The notes: generated by a model not told the origin, from the letters alone. Counted from the stretch's first letter, positions 1 through 12,926 are shown. The stretch is 64,000 nt of DNA from Yuukianura sp. NJ FZ-2021 (GCA_046563655.1 CM102284.1:3658001-3722000); one strand, 5' to 3'. A program made the numbers and translations.

Positions 1-837
1 CTTTCGTTGGCTGAAACTTGGTCTTTATGTCTAATTTAGTAGCAACTCATTCGTTCTACTTTTCTCTGCTCTCCTATTCTGTTTGGCATCTTAGGGTTTT
101 AGCTTTTTGAATTCTGTTCCATATCCTGTTGGTGGGTACAATGGTGGGTGGCTACTTTACGGCAACCGAGAGTCCATTTTCATGAGAAGTAAGCTTGGGT
201 GTCATTAGTGTGATCCACCCAGATTTGTCAGGATTTGGTTGAAGCCAAAAGTGATCTTCTTAGTTGGTTGGCTCGGGGAAAGTGGAGAAAGCAGACGTTG
301 GAAACTTCCTGAATCTGAATTTTGTTTTTTGTTTGTTTCGAAGAACGGTGGGTGGCGGAGGAATTTTTTTGGAAAAGAAATCTGAGCCTTACGTTTTTTT
401 AGGTTAGGTTTTTAGACATAGGTTTATTGCTATTCCTTTGGTGTAGAAGTCGTAAAAGATGGAACGGAGCAGAAATTCTATTAGATTTGGAGAAACTGGA
501 AAACGTTTGACAAGAAATGGTGGAATATGATATTCAGAAGACAGATTCTGAGTTTCTTCCTTTGGAACTCCAAGGTTTGTTCAAAGATATTTGAACGAAA
601 GGCGATACTCTGTGCTTCAATGCCCTAAAACGTCTTTAAAGAGCCCATCTTCTTCGGGTCTTCTGGATTTTCGAATTACGTTTTTTGTGCCTTTGAAGAC
701 GAGATGATGGGGATAAGGTCTTTAAGTGATCCATTCAACCCCGAAAATGGAAAGCAACGAGGTCACCAGACGCAGACTTTACTGCGGAAACTCTTATTTG
801 CTTTTTATTCACTTTTTCGTTTTTTGTGATTGTTTAG

Positions 838-3800
838 GATGCGTATCTGAACCCGTCCTCGGGGGTACTGCGACTTACACGACCCGGTGACATCGTCAGG
901 GGAATTCTGCCAAATGAACCTACAGACTTGTGGACCGTGTTTACTCCGAATCACACGACGTACGAACCTGTCTCACTTGCCACGGCGTACACCCATGGAA
1001 GCGATGAAACAGCGTCAAGCGTCAATCAACCGCTGATCACCGTCATCCAAGTAAGAATTTTCGGCTTTTTAGTGTTTTTGAAACCGAATGAAATTTTTGC
1101 AGAATTTTCCGTTACAATTTTGATTTTAATTTTTTTTAACAGTTCGCGCATACCTTCTGTGGTCGCACTTATACTGCTTTGTCTTTACTTTTTAAAACTC
1201 ACTTCAGTTTTACATTTTAAAACGCAGTCTTCACATTTTTATAACTCATTGTCAGTATCAGTTTTTGCATTTCAACAACCCGGCTTTTACTTTTTAAAAC
1301 TTGGCTTTTACGTTTTAAAACGCAGCTTTTACTTTTTAAAATTCCAAGTTTTGAAAAGTCGAAAAAGTTTCTTTTTTGGGAAGATGAGACTCGTTTTTTA
1401 TTTTTCGAAAGTTTGTATTTTTGTTTTTCATTTTGTGCTGTCACGGACATGAGATCGTGTGACACTTTTGAGTTCAAATTGGTTGAAACTTGCCATGTTT
1501 TTGGAGAAAGGAGAAAGTGAAAGTTTGGAACCGGCAGGTGATGAAATTGAAATTTGAACTTTCCTGAACTTTTGGGAACTTGGAGTATCCATGTCACAGA
1601 CTCTGACCGGAGAGAATTTCAGTTGAAGTACACTTCAACTTTATGGTCCGTAGATCGGGGTGTCCATGACCGTAAAAGTTGCAGTTTGAGTATGTCACCC
1701 GCTTACTATTTGAACGCTGACGAAGCAACCAGAGAGGAGTCATGTCCTTTCGTTATTTTTTCCATTAAAAAGTAATAGAAGAAGTTCTGTCTCTCTGCGA
1801 ACTTTTCCCTGATGTCATTTAGATTAAGTTTTGAAGTCAGCCTTTAGCTTGAATGAGGAGCAGAGAGTAAATATTTAAATGGAATTGGACTTGTTTTCGG
1901 GGTCTCCAATTCCTCCTGTCATTTTGAAAATAAACGAACCATAAAAATCTCCAGAGTTTTAAATTAAAGATGCATTTCTCCTCTTCCCGCTCAACTTTCA
2001 CTGGAATTGGAATTGAAATTCACCAAAACCCAAGTGAGGAACGACGAACCAACGGAAGAGAAAGAGTAAAAGTTTTTCAAAAGATTTAGCATCCGTTTCG
2101 GTGTTTAGACTCGTAAATTTCCTCGGAGGGAATTGGACGACGATGGAGAGAGTATGATGCAAAAACTTGGATCTTGCAAAGGTTTTTTCGCTCTTTGACG
2201 ACTTTTTTCTTTTCATTCCAAAAGATCTTTTTCGAAAGATCTTTTTTTCGAAATGGAACATTTTCAGTTTACTATGTTTTCTATTTCGAAAAAAGTAAAG
2301 AAAGACGGAAAAAAAAGCTGACCCGAAATGGGATTTTTTCTGATAAAGTGCAGAGACAAGAGAAGATCTCAATCAAAGAAACAATTTTGAAAGCTGGGAA
2401 TGGAATTGTATTACTTTTGTAACGGTGATGTTAGTGTTACTAACCTAACCTTAAAAAAAATGAAATGACCTAACCTGATCAAATTTTCGTGTCGTTTCAG
2501 GATAACGGAGAGGCGGATGGGATTCGTCGTGTTCTGTTTGGCGCTGGACTCAAATTTTGGCTCCATCGGCTCCTGTTAATAGATGGGCTGTCGTTCCTAA
2601 GTCGCGGTCGCCTCAGCGTCAGCCTCAAGCGCTACATCCTCATTGATATTGATGACATCTTCGTGGGAGAAAAGGGGACGCGGCTCAGGAAGAGTGATGT
2701 AGAGGTGAGACTGTAAATTAATTATGTCGAGGTTTAGGTTAACGTTAGGTTATGTGTAAACTCAAGTTGAAATTCATGTTTTATTCTAGGCTATTCTGCA
2801 AGCACAGGATAGGATCCGCGTCCTCGTTCCGGGATTTAAGTTCAATTTGGGATTTTCGGGAAAATACTTCCATGCCGGAAATGAAGAGGAGAATGCTGGA
2901 GATGATCTCATTTTGGGTAAGGTTTTACGAACTGTGAAACGATGGAAATTGAAGTCGTATTTCAGTGTTATGCTCAAAGGCGCTGGTGCAGCATCACAAA
3001 AACTTCCTTTCCTCGCCTAAAACTTCTTAATTATTTGTTCATTTAGAAAACAGTGAGAAATTTATGTGGTTTGGGCACATGTGGAACCATATTCAGCCTC
3101 ACCTCTACTCCAACACGACGCAACTCACACTGGATATGACCAGGAACAAAGATTTTGCACGGGTAACAAACAGAATTCGGATATTTTGAGTCCGAATTTG
3201 TACTTTCCTTTTCCGCTGAGGCCAAAAGGGAGATTAAACTCGCTCATTTATTTATAGGAAAATGGAATCCCTCTGGACTCGGGCTACTCTGTATCTCCAC
3301 ACCGTAAGTTTTTGTTCTTTAAACTTTTCCGAGTTGTTTGATGTCGATATGCCACTGGGAGGGTCAACGAGGTCAAACAGAAAATGTACTTTTCCTTTGT
3401 GCTTTTGACAGATTCTGGTGTGTACCCTGTCCATGAAGGACTTTATGATGCCTGGAAGAAAGTTTGGAATGTCAAAGTGACGAGCACAGAAGAGTATCCA
3501 CATCTCCGACCAGCACGTCTCCGTCGTGGATTCATCCACCGTGGAATCATGGTATATGACCATGGCTAGTTCAAACTTTTTCTATTTTTTGGAAAATGGA
3601 ATTTTGAAAAAGTTAACTTTTGATGTTGGTTCTAAAAAATGTTTTGTTGGGACCAATAGGTTCTGCCCCGACAAACGTGTGGTTTGTTCACTCATACGAT
3701 TTTCATTGATCGATACCCTGGAGGTCAGTCTAAATTGGACGAGAGTATCCACGGTGGCGAATTATTCCAGACGATTGTCTACAACTCTGTAAGAAACAAA

Positions 3801-5557
3801 ATGCGGAGGAGGAGGAACGAATCCCGCCTCCGATTTTCTAAAAAAAAAAAAAAGTTTGAGTCGTTTATTTCTTTTGAAATTGGCCTGGTTTCTTTTGGTT
3901 TTTCAGATAAATGTGTTTATGACGCACATGTCCAATTATGGAAACGATCGACTTGGTCTTTTCACATTTGAAACTGTAATTCGATTTGTCCAGTGTTGGA
4001 CGAATCTTCAATTGGTGACGTATCCACCGGTGACCCTGGCTGAGAGGTACTTCCAAATGCATCCGGATGAAATAGATCCAATTTGGGGTGTAAGTTGAAC
4101 CACAAAGTGGAAAAATTTGTTGAATCGCAGTTTCTGTTTATTTTTCCGTTTTGTAGAATCCTTGTGACGACCCGAGGCACAGACGCATTTGGTCAGCAAA
4201 CAGAACCTGTGAATCTCTTCCGGAGTTTTTGGTCGTTGGACCACAAAAAACTGGCACAACGGCCCTCTACACCTTTCTCACAATGCATCCAGCCATTGGC
4301 AGCAACAAACCGAGTCAGGAGACGTTCGAGGAAGTTCAGTTCTTCAATGGAAGAAATTATTTCCGAGGACTTGACTGGTAACTTGACCAGAATTTTGAAA
4401 AATTTTGAGAGTCGTTCAAAAAGTATATTTACATGAAAAATGTTCTAGGTACATGAAGTTCTTTCAAGCTGAAAATGTGACAACCATTCCACCACTGCTT
4501 ACGACAGCTCAAACAGGAAACGTGACAGTTCGGGAAGAGAAGAGACCAATTCTGTTTGAGAAGAGTGCAACGTACTTTGACAACGAAGCAGTTCCAAGAC
4601 GTGTGCATGCTCTTCTTCCACGAGCTAAGCTGGTAACGGTTGACCTGGTTTTCAAATAATGTTACTCTTTTGAACTTCGAAATGGAAATGTAATTCTTCC
4701 ATTTCAGGTCACCATTCTGATTTCTCCTGCCAAACGAGCTTACAGTTGGTACCAACACATGAGGTCACACAATGACCCCGTGGCAGTGAACTACTCTTTC
4801 TATGACGTCTTGACAGCCAACAGTGCTTCTCCCAAACCCCTTCGTGATCTCAGAAATAGGTAGAGTTTAAGCAAATCTTCTGTAAATTAATTATAATTAT
4901 TTATGAATTATTATGAATTAATTAATAATTTCAACCGTTTTTAGATGTATAAATCCAGGCCGCTACGCGCATCATTTAGAACGCTGGCTAAGCTACTTTC
5001 CGTCTCAGCAGCTCCTCATCATTGACGGGGAGGAGCTGAAGAACGATCCGCCGACTGTGATGTTTCGTCTTCAACATTTTCTTCAAATCGATCCTGTCTT
5101 TGATTACTCAAGGAGACTGAGGTAATCAAACTAAATACTATTTATATAATATATTTTATGACATTTATAATATTTTTTCTATACAATATTTTATATGTTC
5201 TGAATATACGATTGATTTTAGGTATGATAAAACCAAAGGATTCTATTGCCAAATTATTAGTCAGAATAAGAATAAGTGTTTGGGGAGGAGCAAAGGGCGG
5301 CAGTATCCGCCAATGGACCCCAGAGCAGCTAAATATTTGCAGGTAAATCGCAATCTTACTTACTCTAGTGCAGTGGTGACCTCTGACCTGGTCACACCAG
5401 AGCAAGGTGACACTTTACATGAATTTACACAGTTACATGATTTTTGATTTTTGTGTAGATGTATTACATGGGTCACAACAGTGCCCTTGTGAAGCTTCTG
5501 CATCGGCTGGAGCAACCCATTCCAATATGGCTGAAAGAAGACTTGCAAAATTCCTGA
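838..5557 (+). CDS. sfl: Bifunctional heparan sulfate N-deacetylase/N-sulfotransferase (NDST / sulfateless), 5'-partial, 14 exons, 703 aa in window
   Basis: GT-AG exons 838-1050, 2501-2704, 2790-2916, 3047-3162, 3258-3303, 3412-3551, 3660-3788, 3907-4089, 4157-4377, 4449-4632, 4708-4859, 4945-5121, 5222-5342, 5459-5557 splice into one frame (2112 nt, TGA at 5555-5557). NDST motifs: [80 protein letters not shown]-binding [38 protein letters not shown]. Upstream exons lie outside the window. Confidence 0.96.
1181..1345. repeat. Degenerate ~21-bp minisatellite in NDST intron
   Basis: Successive units like GCTTTTACTTTTTAAAAC(G/T)(C/T)(A/G); three clean copies at about 1280-1342 and decayed copies upstream. 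Confidence 0.6.
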
Positions 5558-6032
5558 CCCTGCTTGAAAAGTCGCCATCGTCGGTACGAATCCCTTCCAT
5601 ACCTCTGCTCTTAACCAAAGTCTCTTGGCTTCTATTTTAAATTCTCACGATTTTCCATCACTTCCAATGCAACTCAACTGTATTATTTGACAGTTTGTTC
5701 AACACGATTTACCTCAAATACTATTCACTCAAATAATTTCAGCTAAAGTTTAAAACAACCAAAAGTTTCAGTACTAGTGATAACATGACACTTACTAACA
5801 GATATTATGTAGGATGTAGAATGCTAGGATGTGATCTTGAGGTCACACGGATTTAGTGGCAATATTGAAACCATTGCGATATCTAAAGTATCAAAACCTG
5901 AACTTCTTCTCAAATCATATTCTCATCAAAGCGTATCAAACACTAACTAAAGTAAACTTAAACTAATTGTCTTTGATATATTTATCTTGAAATCTTCGTC
6001 TTTTTCGATGAAATCATTATAAAAATTTTGAC

Positions 6033-6038
6033 AATAAA
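6033..6038 (+). terminator. Putative polyadenylation signal of NDST
   Basis: AATAAA about 480 nt after the NDST stop and before the Rh start. Confidence 0.4.
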
Positions 6039-6360
6039 ACAAATTATGCAATGATACAAAGGCTTTCTCTATTTTCGAACATGGTGGAGGTGGCCTTGCA
6101 ACCTTCGCCTACTTTTCGTGTTTTCATCACTACGTGAAATGTTTTCGCCTGTCTGATCCACTTTCCCCCAAAATTGCGTTCTGGGAAAGGTGTAATATTG
6201 ACAGTTTGTGTAATTACATTTGAGTGAGTTTGAGATGCGCAAGACAAGTAAGTTTAAATTATTGATCAGGTATTGACGATTTTGGACTGGGATCAGTCAC
6301 CATTCCCGTTTTTCCAGAAATTTAGTTTGTCATTGACCGTCACTCGGGAAGGACTTTTCG

Positions 6361-9300
6361 ATGGACAACAATCGAGCTGATGCCCGCCCAGTGGTGCTGG
6401 AAGGCCAAAATGGTAACAGACGCCCGGCATTCAAGAATCAAGTTCTAGAAGGGAATTTTGAAGAGGTCACGCCAAAAGGTCAAATCTCAAGAAATGCCAG
6501 CAGAAGTCAAATCGCAGCACAAGACGCCGTGGACCAACTCATCTGGAATCAACAGCTTCCACACCACCAAGTGGAACCTCCTCTTCCAAAATGTAAAATT
6601 TCAATTAAAGTTTTAAAATTCCGTTTTTTTGCGCTGAAAATGGAACCAAGTTGATCATTTTTTGATTTGTTTTTGTTTTAGTACGACTCCCTAGAGGAGA
6701 TAGAGTTCAAGGTCAGCCGCAACGACTTCCAGCTCCTCTATTTCAGGCAGAGTACAGCTATTCTACTTCAAATACAAAACCATACGTAAGAGACGCCGAT
6801 ACACCATCAGACAATGACGACGAAGAGGCAACACCACCGCGACGAAAAGGAAATCGAAAAAATGAGTCGACCAAAAATCAGCCTTCGGTGACTCCGCCAG
6901 TGAAACCGAAATTTGGATTTTCAACGGCCGCCATTTTAATTGTTATTGAATGTATCATCATCTTCCTCTTTGGCATCTTTGTGACTTACGACGCACAGGC
7001 AAAGCCAAAAGGAATTCATAACAGCGATGCTCCTGGTCTTCAAGATTTCTATCCACGTGAGTTTACCAAAGTCTTTAACTCTTACCTTCTTAACTTTTTA
7101 GGTTTTAGTGCTTACATATTACCCCGGATGCTAAATGCATTTAAAAGCTATGGCCAACTGACCTTGGTATGAATGGCCCAGTTTGCTGGAACGCAATGAA
7201 GTGCTAAACATTTAACTGGCTTCAACTTGGTTAATTGACTCCAAATTACTGACTTACTAATTGTGAGCACTTTTAAAGCAACAAAAATCTGCGTCACAAA
7301 CAAACTCGTGTAATGTTTGGAAATTTTTTGAATATTTAGATGAAATGTGGGTGTGGGAATGCTTTTTTTATGCGATTTTTCGTTTCGTATTTTCAAAATC
7401 TTTGTTGTTGTTTTTGGGTTATTGCTTTTTCGTTTTTATTTCTTCATGCAACAGTCATATTTCATAATTGCTGTTAATTGCACTGATTCACTCGTTTTTC
7501 CAATTTTCCAATGCGGAAATGCGGTTTCTCTGTTTTGGTGTTTACGTCAAAAGTACCGACGTTACTGATGGTGATGACTCTTAACTTTTCAATAACAAGT
7601 ACAAGCGTAGCAGGTAAAATGGTCAAAATTATTCGATCAAAAACTGAAAAGGTCAAAAAATGAAAATGTCAACCGTTACAAAGAATAGTTTGTTAGGCTT
7701 GGTTTTCTTGTGTTTGATCTTCTCACTTTTTGACCTTTTCACTTTTTGACCAATTTTTTTTGACCGTATTGTATGGAACCAGTACAAGATGCTGGATCAA
7801 AAACTTTAACTTCCCTACGCAAGCTTGTTTTCAGAATGCAAGCTAACTGATAGAAAAAAACGTTGAAGCCTCCCTGCCCACCCTGATTATTTAAACCGCT
7901 CTCAGTTTATTGTGGTGGACGGGGAGATATTCCACTTAAGTCACTTTAAGTTTCGTAGAGATTTTAAATTGCGCGTGCAGTTTAGTTACAAGGACTCAGA
8001 GCTACTCTTAGAAAATAGTTTAGTCCAGACGTCGATTTTGATTGTGATAGACCGACTTTTTGGTAACAGCCAAAATGAATCTTGATACGAAAGAGCGGAT
8101 GAAATTTGTTATAACGCTCATTTTTGTAGAAGTGTTTATCGGAGTAATTTTTGTAAAATTTGTGACCTATGACCCAGAACAGGCAGACGCCAGTAACCCA
8201 AAGAACTCGCTCAATCCATCTCTAGGTGGACTCAGGCAGGAAAATAATGAAATCGTTCGATTCGATTCACGTAAGGTCAAATATGGATCGTGAAACATGA
8301 AAGGACGCCGATAACAAAAGCAAATGCTGTGAAAACTTTCAAAATGAGACTTTGAACATAGACTTGTAAATGAAAATGAGATTTGCAAGTAAAATTTTAT
8401 TGAATTTCAGTATACCAAGATGTTCACGTGATGATCTTCATTGGTTTTGGATTTTTGATGACATTTTTACGAAAATATGGATACAGTGCCGTGGGATACA
8501 ACATGCTCATTGCTGCTATTGCCATCCAGTGGTCCATTTTGTGTCGCGGTGTATTCGAGCACGGGCCAAATTCTATTTCAATTGATATCACAAAGTAAGT
8601 TCAACTGATTTCTGAACAAAGTGACCTCTTGACCTTTTAGAAATTTTAAAATTTTGAATTTTCCAGTCTCATCAATGGTGATTTTGCGGCTGCAGCAGTT
8701 TTGATTAGCTTTGGAGCTCTCCTGGGGGTGACTAATCCTCTGCATTTAGTCACGCTTTGTCTAATTGAGGTTTTCCTGTATGCCCTCAATGAATACATCG
8801 GAACGCATCTTTTTGAGGTAAAAATATTTAGAAATGAAAATGAAAAAATACAAACTAAATAAGCGATTTCAAAAACACTTTTTTTTATACGTGAAGCCAA
8901 ACATTTTTCTCATTCTGAAAACTGCCTTACGCGTTTAGCTCTTAGCGTTTAGAATCGGGCCAAATTTTTGAAATGGAGCAAATTAGTTGAACTTTTAAGA
9001 AAAAATAGTCATAAAATGTTGAATTTCGAGAATCGTATGACTATAGTGTTGAATTCGTAGTGATTTATTGCTTGTAGATTTCCTGCCTTCTAAGAAAGTA
9101 AAGCTCTTACAATGGGAACTTTCTATTCATGAACCAATTAGAATTAAAATTGGTTGGTACCCAAAGGACAGTGACACTTCATGGTCGTTTTCCAAGAATA
9201 TATGACATTTTTACTAACGAAAACATTGATCGTCTTTCCGATTTCTTAGTGTGTCATATGTCCAGTGAGTCAGTTAACATGATACCAAAAATTAGGACAA

Positions 9301-10940
9301 ATTGGAAAATTGCGAAAATTTACGACTACTACTGTAATTTGAACCTACGCAATTTTCAAATAAAGTTTTTTTTTTCAAAAACAGAAACTAGAGCATTAAA
9401 AGGTCATGCTAATTTTATTTCTATGCTGGAAAATATTTTAGGCGGTTGACATCGGCGGGTCAATGTTTATCCATGCCTTTGGAGCTTACTTTGGCTTGGC
9501 CCTGAGTCTCACGCTACGGCGCCAGAAGGAAATTGACACCAAGAATGAAGGCGCTTCATACAACTCTGATACTTTTGCAATGATTGGTAAACAAGATTTA
9601 AAAATGAATTTGCAACACAATGCAAACTGCTTCCTGTAGCTTTTTTTCTTCAAATAGAAAAGCCTTGTTGACCCAATTCTTAAAGAAGATGAAGTTTCAA
9701 TGAATTTTTGACTCCAGGAACCGTGTTTCTTTGGATGTTTTGGCCGAGCTTTAATGGTGCCATGGCTGTTGGAGACGACCAACATCGAGCTGTCCTAAAC
9801 ACGGTCTTGTCCTTGACAGGGTCATGCATCTTTTCATTTGCAGCATCATCCCTCATGTGTCCAGAAAATAAGTTTTCCATGGTACATGTTCAAAATGCGA
9901 CGTTGGCCGGTGGTGTAGCTGTTGGAGCAGTGGCAGACATGATGGTGGAACCATCTTTTGTTTAATCTCAGCTTTAATCAAGCTTTTGTTTAAAAAATTC
10001 TGAGTTTTTTAAAGTTCCGGTTTAATTTGTGTTTGTCCAGATTCAACCATTTGGAGCTCTCGTCATTGGATCACTGGCTGGATTGCTTTCTACTGCTGGA
10101 TACGTGTACTTGACGGTAAATTGATAAAGTAGCACACAAATTTATCAATCTGTGGAGTAACTGTATTTTGGGTGTTTTTTTTTAGCCATTGCTACAAAAC
10201 AAAATTGGGCTTCACGACACTTGCGGAGTGCACAACCTGCATGGCATGCCGGGTATCATGGGAGGTACAGTTTTCAAAAAAAAAATTATGCTGATTTTTT
10301 TTGGTTAATTCTGAACACTTAAAAATTTATTGGAATTCTTTGTATGTTCAGGATTTCTCAGCGTCATCATGGCGGCTTTGGCTACGGAGGACATGTATGG
10401 CATTGGGTAAGTAACAGGGAAAGCCTGTTTTGTTTCTTCAATTAAATATTTTGAAAAAAAAAATTTCAGCTAGTTTTCATTTTTTTTATAATTTTTTTTT
10501 AGTTTGTACTTGCAGTATCCCGCTAGATCTCCTGAAGACGTCAGTGCTTTAGTCAACGATTTGTCAACCATTGTGCCCGGGAAAAACCGAACTGCCCAAG
10601 GTCAAGCGCTGTTTCAGCTTGCAGCTCTCTTTACTACCCTTGGAATAGCACTTGTCGGAGGAGCAGTTACCGGTACGCCCTTAACGTTTGTAGCACATGC
10701 GTAAAACGTTGAATTCATCAATTGACTAAAAATTGTTTTTCAAATTTTGTTGTTCTAGGACTCTTGCTTCGCTTTATTCCATGCTTTGGTAAAGTGCCTG
10801 ACGAATTCCTGTTTGACGACGAACATTTATGGGAGGTTCCAGAACTCGAGTCGAAGGAAAATTCGGGACAAGCCGACCTCGGACACGATAATGGCGCTGT
10901 CACTTCCGACATGCAACTTGAAGCGACCCAGAAACTGTAG
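6361..10940 (+). CDS. Rh50: Rh-family ammonium transporter (Rh50), long isoform A, predicted 624 aa
   Basis: Exons 6361-6592 and 6682-7056, then shared exons 8411-8594, 8667-8817, 9442-9586, 9718-9944, 10041-10115, 10186-10264, 10352-10406, 10503-10672, 10759-10940 (1875 nt, in frame, TAG). Rh motifs: [80 protein letters not shown] (both pore histidines present), [10 protein letters not shown]. The shared exons are secure; the two 5' exons are predicted. Confidence 0.9.
7606..7780. mobile_element. 175-bp foldback-type MITE with 8-bp TSD
   Basis: Exact flanking direct repeat AGTACAAG at 7598-7605 and 7781-7788. Inverted arms are built of GGTCAAAA repeats (about 7618-7668 vs 7716-7770); the spacer contains GTTAGG. 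Confidence 0.75.
8075..8270 (+). CDS. Rh50: Rh50 alternative first coding exon (isoform B, predicted 487 aa)
   Basis: ATG at 8075 (caaaATG) encodes [36 protein letters not shown]...RFDS, i.e. a TM0 helix plus extracellular loop. It ends C|GTAAGG in phase 1, matching the acceptor at 8411; total 1464 nt in frame. Confidence 0.8.
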
Positions 10941-11292
10941 AAAACGGCTTCCGGAAGAGAGTTTACTTTCTAAATTTTTAGACCTTGAAATAAATGAGGT
11001 TTGAAGCAGTTTTGTGGAATTCTCAATACAAAACAATTTTAGATTTAATTATTGAAGAGAAAATATTGATTTGAGAGGAATATTATTGTGGAAGCTCCTT
11101 TCAGAGTTTAACTAGGCACAACTTGAGAGCTAATTTGGCGTGTTTGTTGAGATAGGCTACTTCTATAAATAAACTTAAGAAAACAAATGCATCAGATCTG
11201 GTGATGCAGATAAATCCTTTATGCAAAAAGTTATTCAGCGTCAACAGCGTCAACGGACTTCCACCTTTCTCGCAGTGTACAGGAGCTAAACT

Positions 11293-12926
11293 TCATTGGG
11301 CGGGGGCCGCTGCCGGTTTGGTCTTGTGCTTGCGAGGGGCCGGTTTGGCTTCACCATTTTGAGCTTTCGGCAAAATGTTGTTCTGAACAAACCAAAAGAA
11401 CCAAGTTGAAGTGAAATGGAATTTTGTAAAAACTTGACATTTTTCAAAATTTTACCAAGCTTTTCCGGGCAGAGTTGACAACAGAGTCAGTAGCAGTCAC
11501 AACGGAGTCAGCTCGGGACTGAGCAATGCCAAGGAGACGTCGGGAGGTTGTCGTGATTAAGTACACGGTGCGATGGAACAGGTAGCCAACTCTACGTGAC
11601 TTTTCTTCATCTGCGCTTGCCTCGTAGTGGAATCCATTTTGTTGTGTCTTTTCATTGTCACTAGGTGGCAGGATGTAATCCACTACTTCCGTAGCAGTCT
11701 TGAGGCACTGCTCATAAACGTCCATTGAGAACTGAGCCACTTTCGTTCCCAAAACCATCTCCGAGACACCGTTGATTGTCTCTACAGCAGGAGTCACCTT
11801 GGAGTTAATCAGTTCCTTCGTATCAGAATACATCTGAAAGGATTCATTGCAAAATTAGGTTTCAAGTGCAACCTTGACCTCTCGTGACCTTTGGACTTAC
11901 CTCGTTTGGCTGTTTCATGATGACAGGAACATTCGTCTCCAGCTTCTCCAGGCCCTTGTTGGCCAAATCATCAACTTTGCTCAGAGGCTGTGCTGCAAAT
12001 GGCGTCAATTTTTGAGCCAATGGCAGAACCTGCTCAGCCGCAGCCACAGCAGTTTTCTCAGCCACTCCAATCGTTTTGCCCACAATTCCACCAGAGTTCT
12101 GAAAAAAAGCAAGAAAAATTCATTCATCAGCACAAACTCCTCCAACTTGCAAATTTTTAATGTGCAAAGCTACAGCTTAAAATCCGAGTCGTTTAGCATA
12201 CACGCGGGGTAATTGCTCAACTCTCCCCTCTACTAAACTGTCATCTCAAATTTCATATCAATCGTAAACTATCATAATTTACTAGTTTCTTATTACTAAA
12301 TTAAAAATTGTCATATCAGGATAACTGATAATGTGCTTCTCAAGTTTCTTTAGCATTTAGAAGATACTGGGGAACGGGGATAGGCGTATGTCAAAAAATA
12401 TGATTCTCCCAAGCCACAAAAGTCAAAGTTTTTGGCCAAGGACAAGTTAGACAAACGGATGCGACACGAAGCGACTTTTTGAACTTTGGATCAAGGAATT
12501 GCCAAGCTCCACTTCAAATATGACAAACAGATTAGGCACAATGGACTGAATTTTCATGGAAAGCAATCTAACATGTCCTAAAGTTCCAAAAAAACGAATC
12601 TAGGAAGAAGAATATCATAGAAGTATGAAAGATTCAGAAAAAATGAAAATGAAAACAGGATTTGCGATTTGGTGAAGCTTATCGAGGGATTAAGGTTCAG
12701 TTGCTTGCTTAAAATGACATCGTAGGTCAGGAACTAGTGTGGACATAGGTCAGTTAGTGCTATTCTAGAAGCTTTTGGTTAAGATAAATCCAAAATGGCG
12801 TACCTTGGCCTTTCCGTAGTAGTCAGCAGTGAGTGCAATAGCAGAGTGGACTACTGGGATGTTGCAAAGACGCGTAAGAAACTGGGATGACTCCACAGTA
12901 TTGGTGAAGTAGGACTTCTTCTCCAT
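11293..12926 (-). CDS. Perilipin (PAT family; lipid storage droplet protein, Lsd-like), ~262 aa
   Basis: Exons 12804-12926 (ATG in strong ACCGCCATGG context; another in-frame ATG at 12947), 11901-12098, 11456-11833, 11293-11382 (TGA), all GT-AG phase 0. PAT signature RLCNIPVVHSAI...YYGKAK...VAEKT...VDDLANKGLEKLETNVPVIMKQP, and later VVDYILPP. An acceptor at 13010-13011 implies an upstream non-coding exon. Confidence 0.85.

Noticed and set aside
459-575. Purine-rich stretch with an ATG and a GT donor-like site upstream of the first visible NDST exon
   Set aside because: All three plus-strand frames hit stops and there is no NDST similarity.
928-1597. Long ORFs 928-1452 (+) and 1217-1597 (-)
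   Set aside because: Only 838-1050 is NDST exon; the rest is read-through into an AT-rich minisatellite intron.
7888-7907. TATTTAAA plus TCAGTT as core promoter of Rh isoform B
   Set aside because: The spacing of about 16 nt is too short for a TATA-Inr pair.
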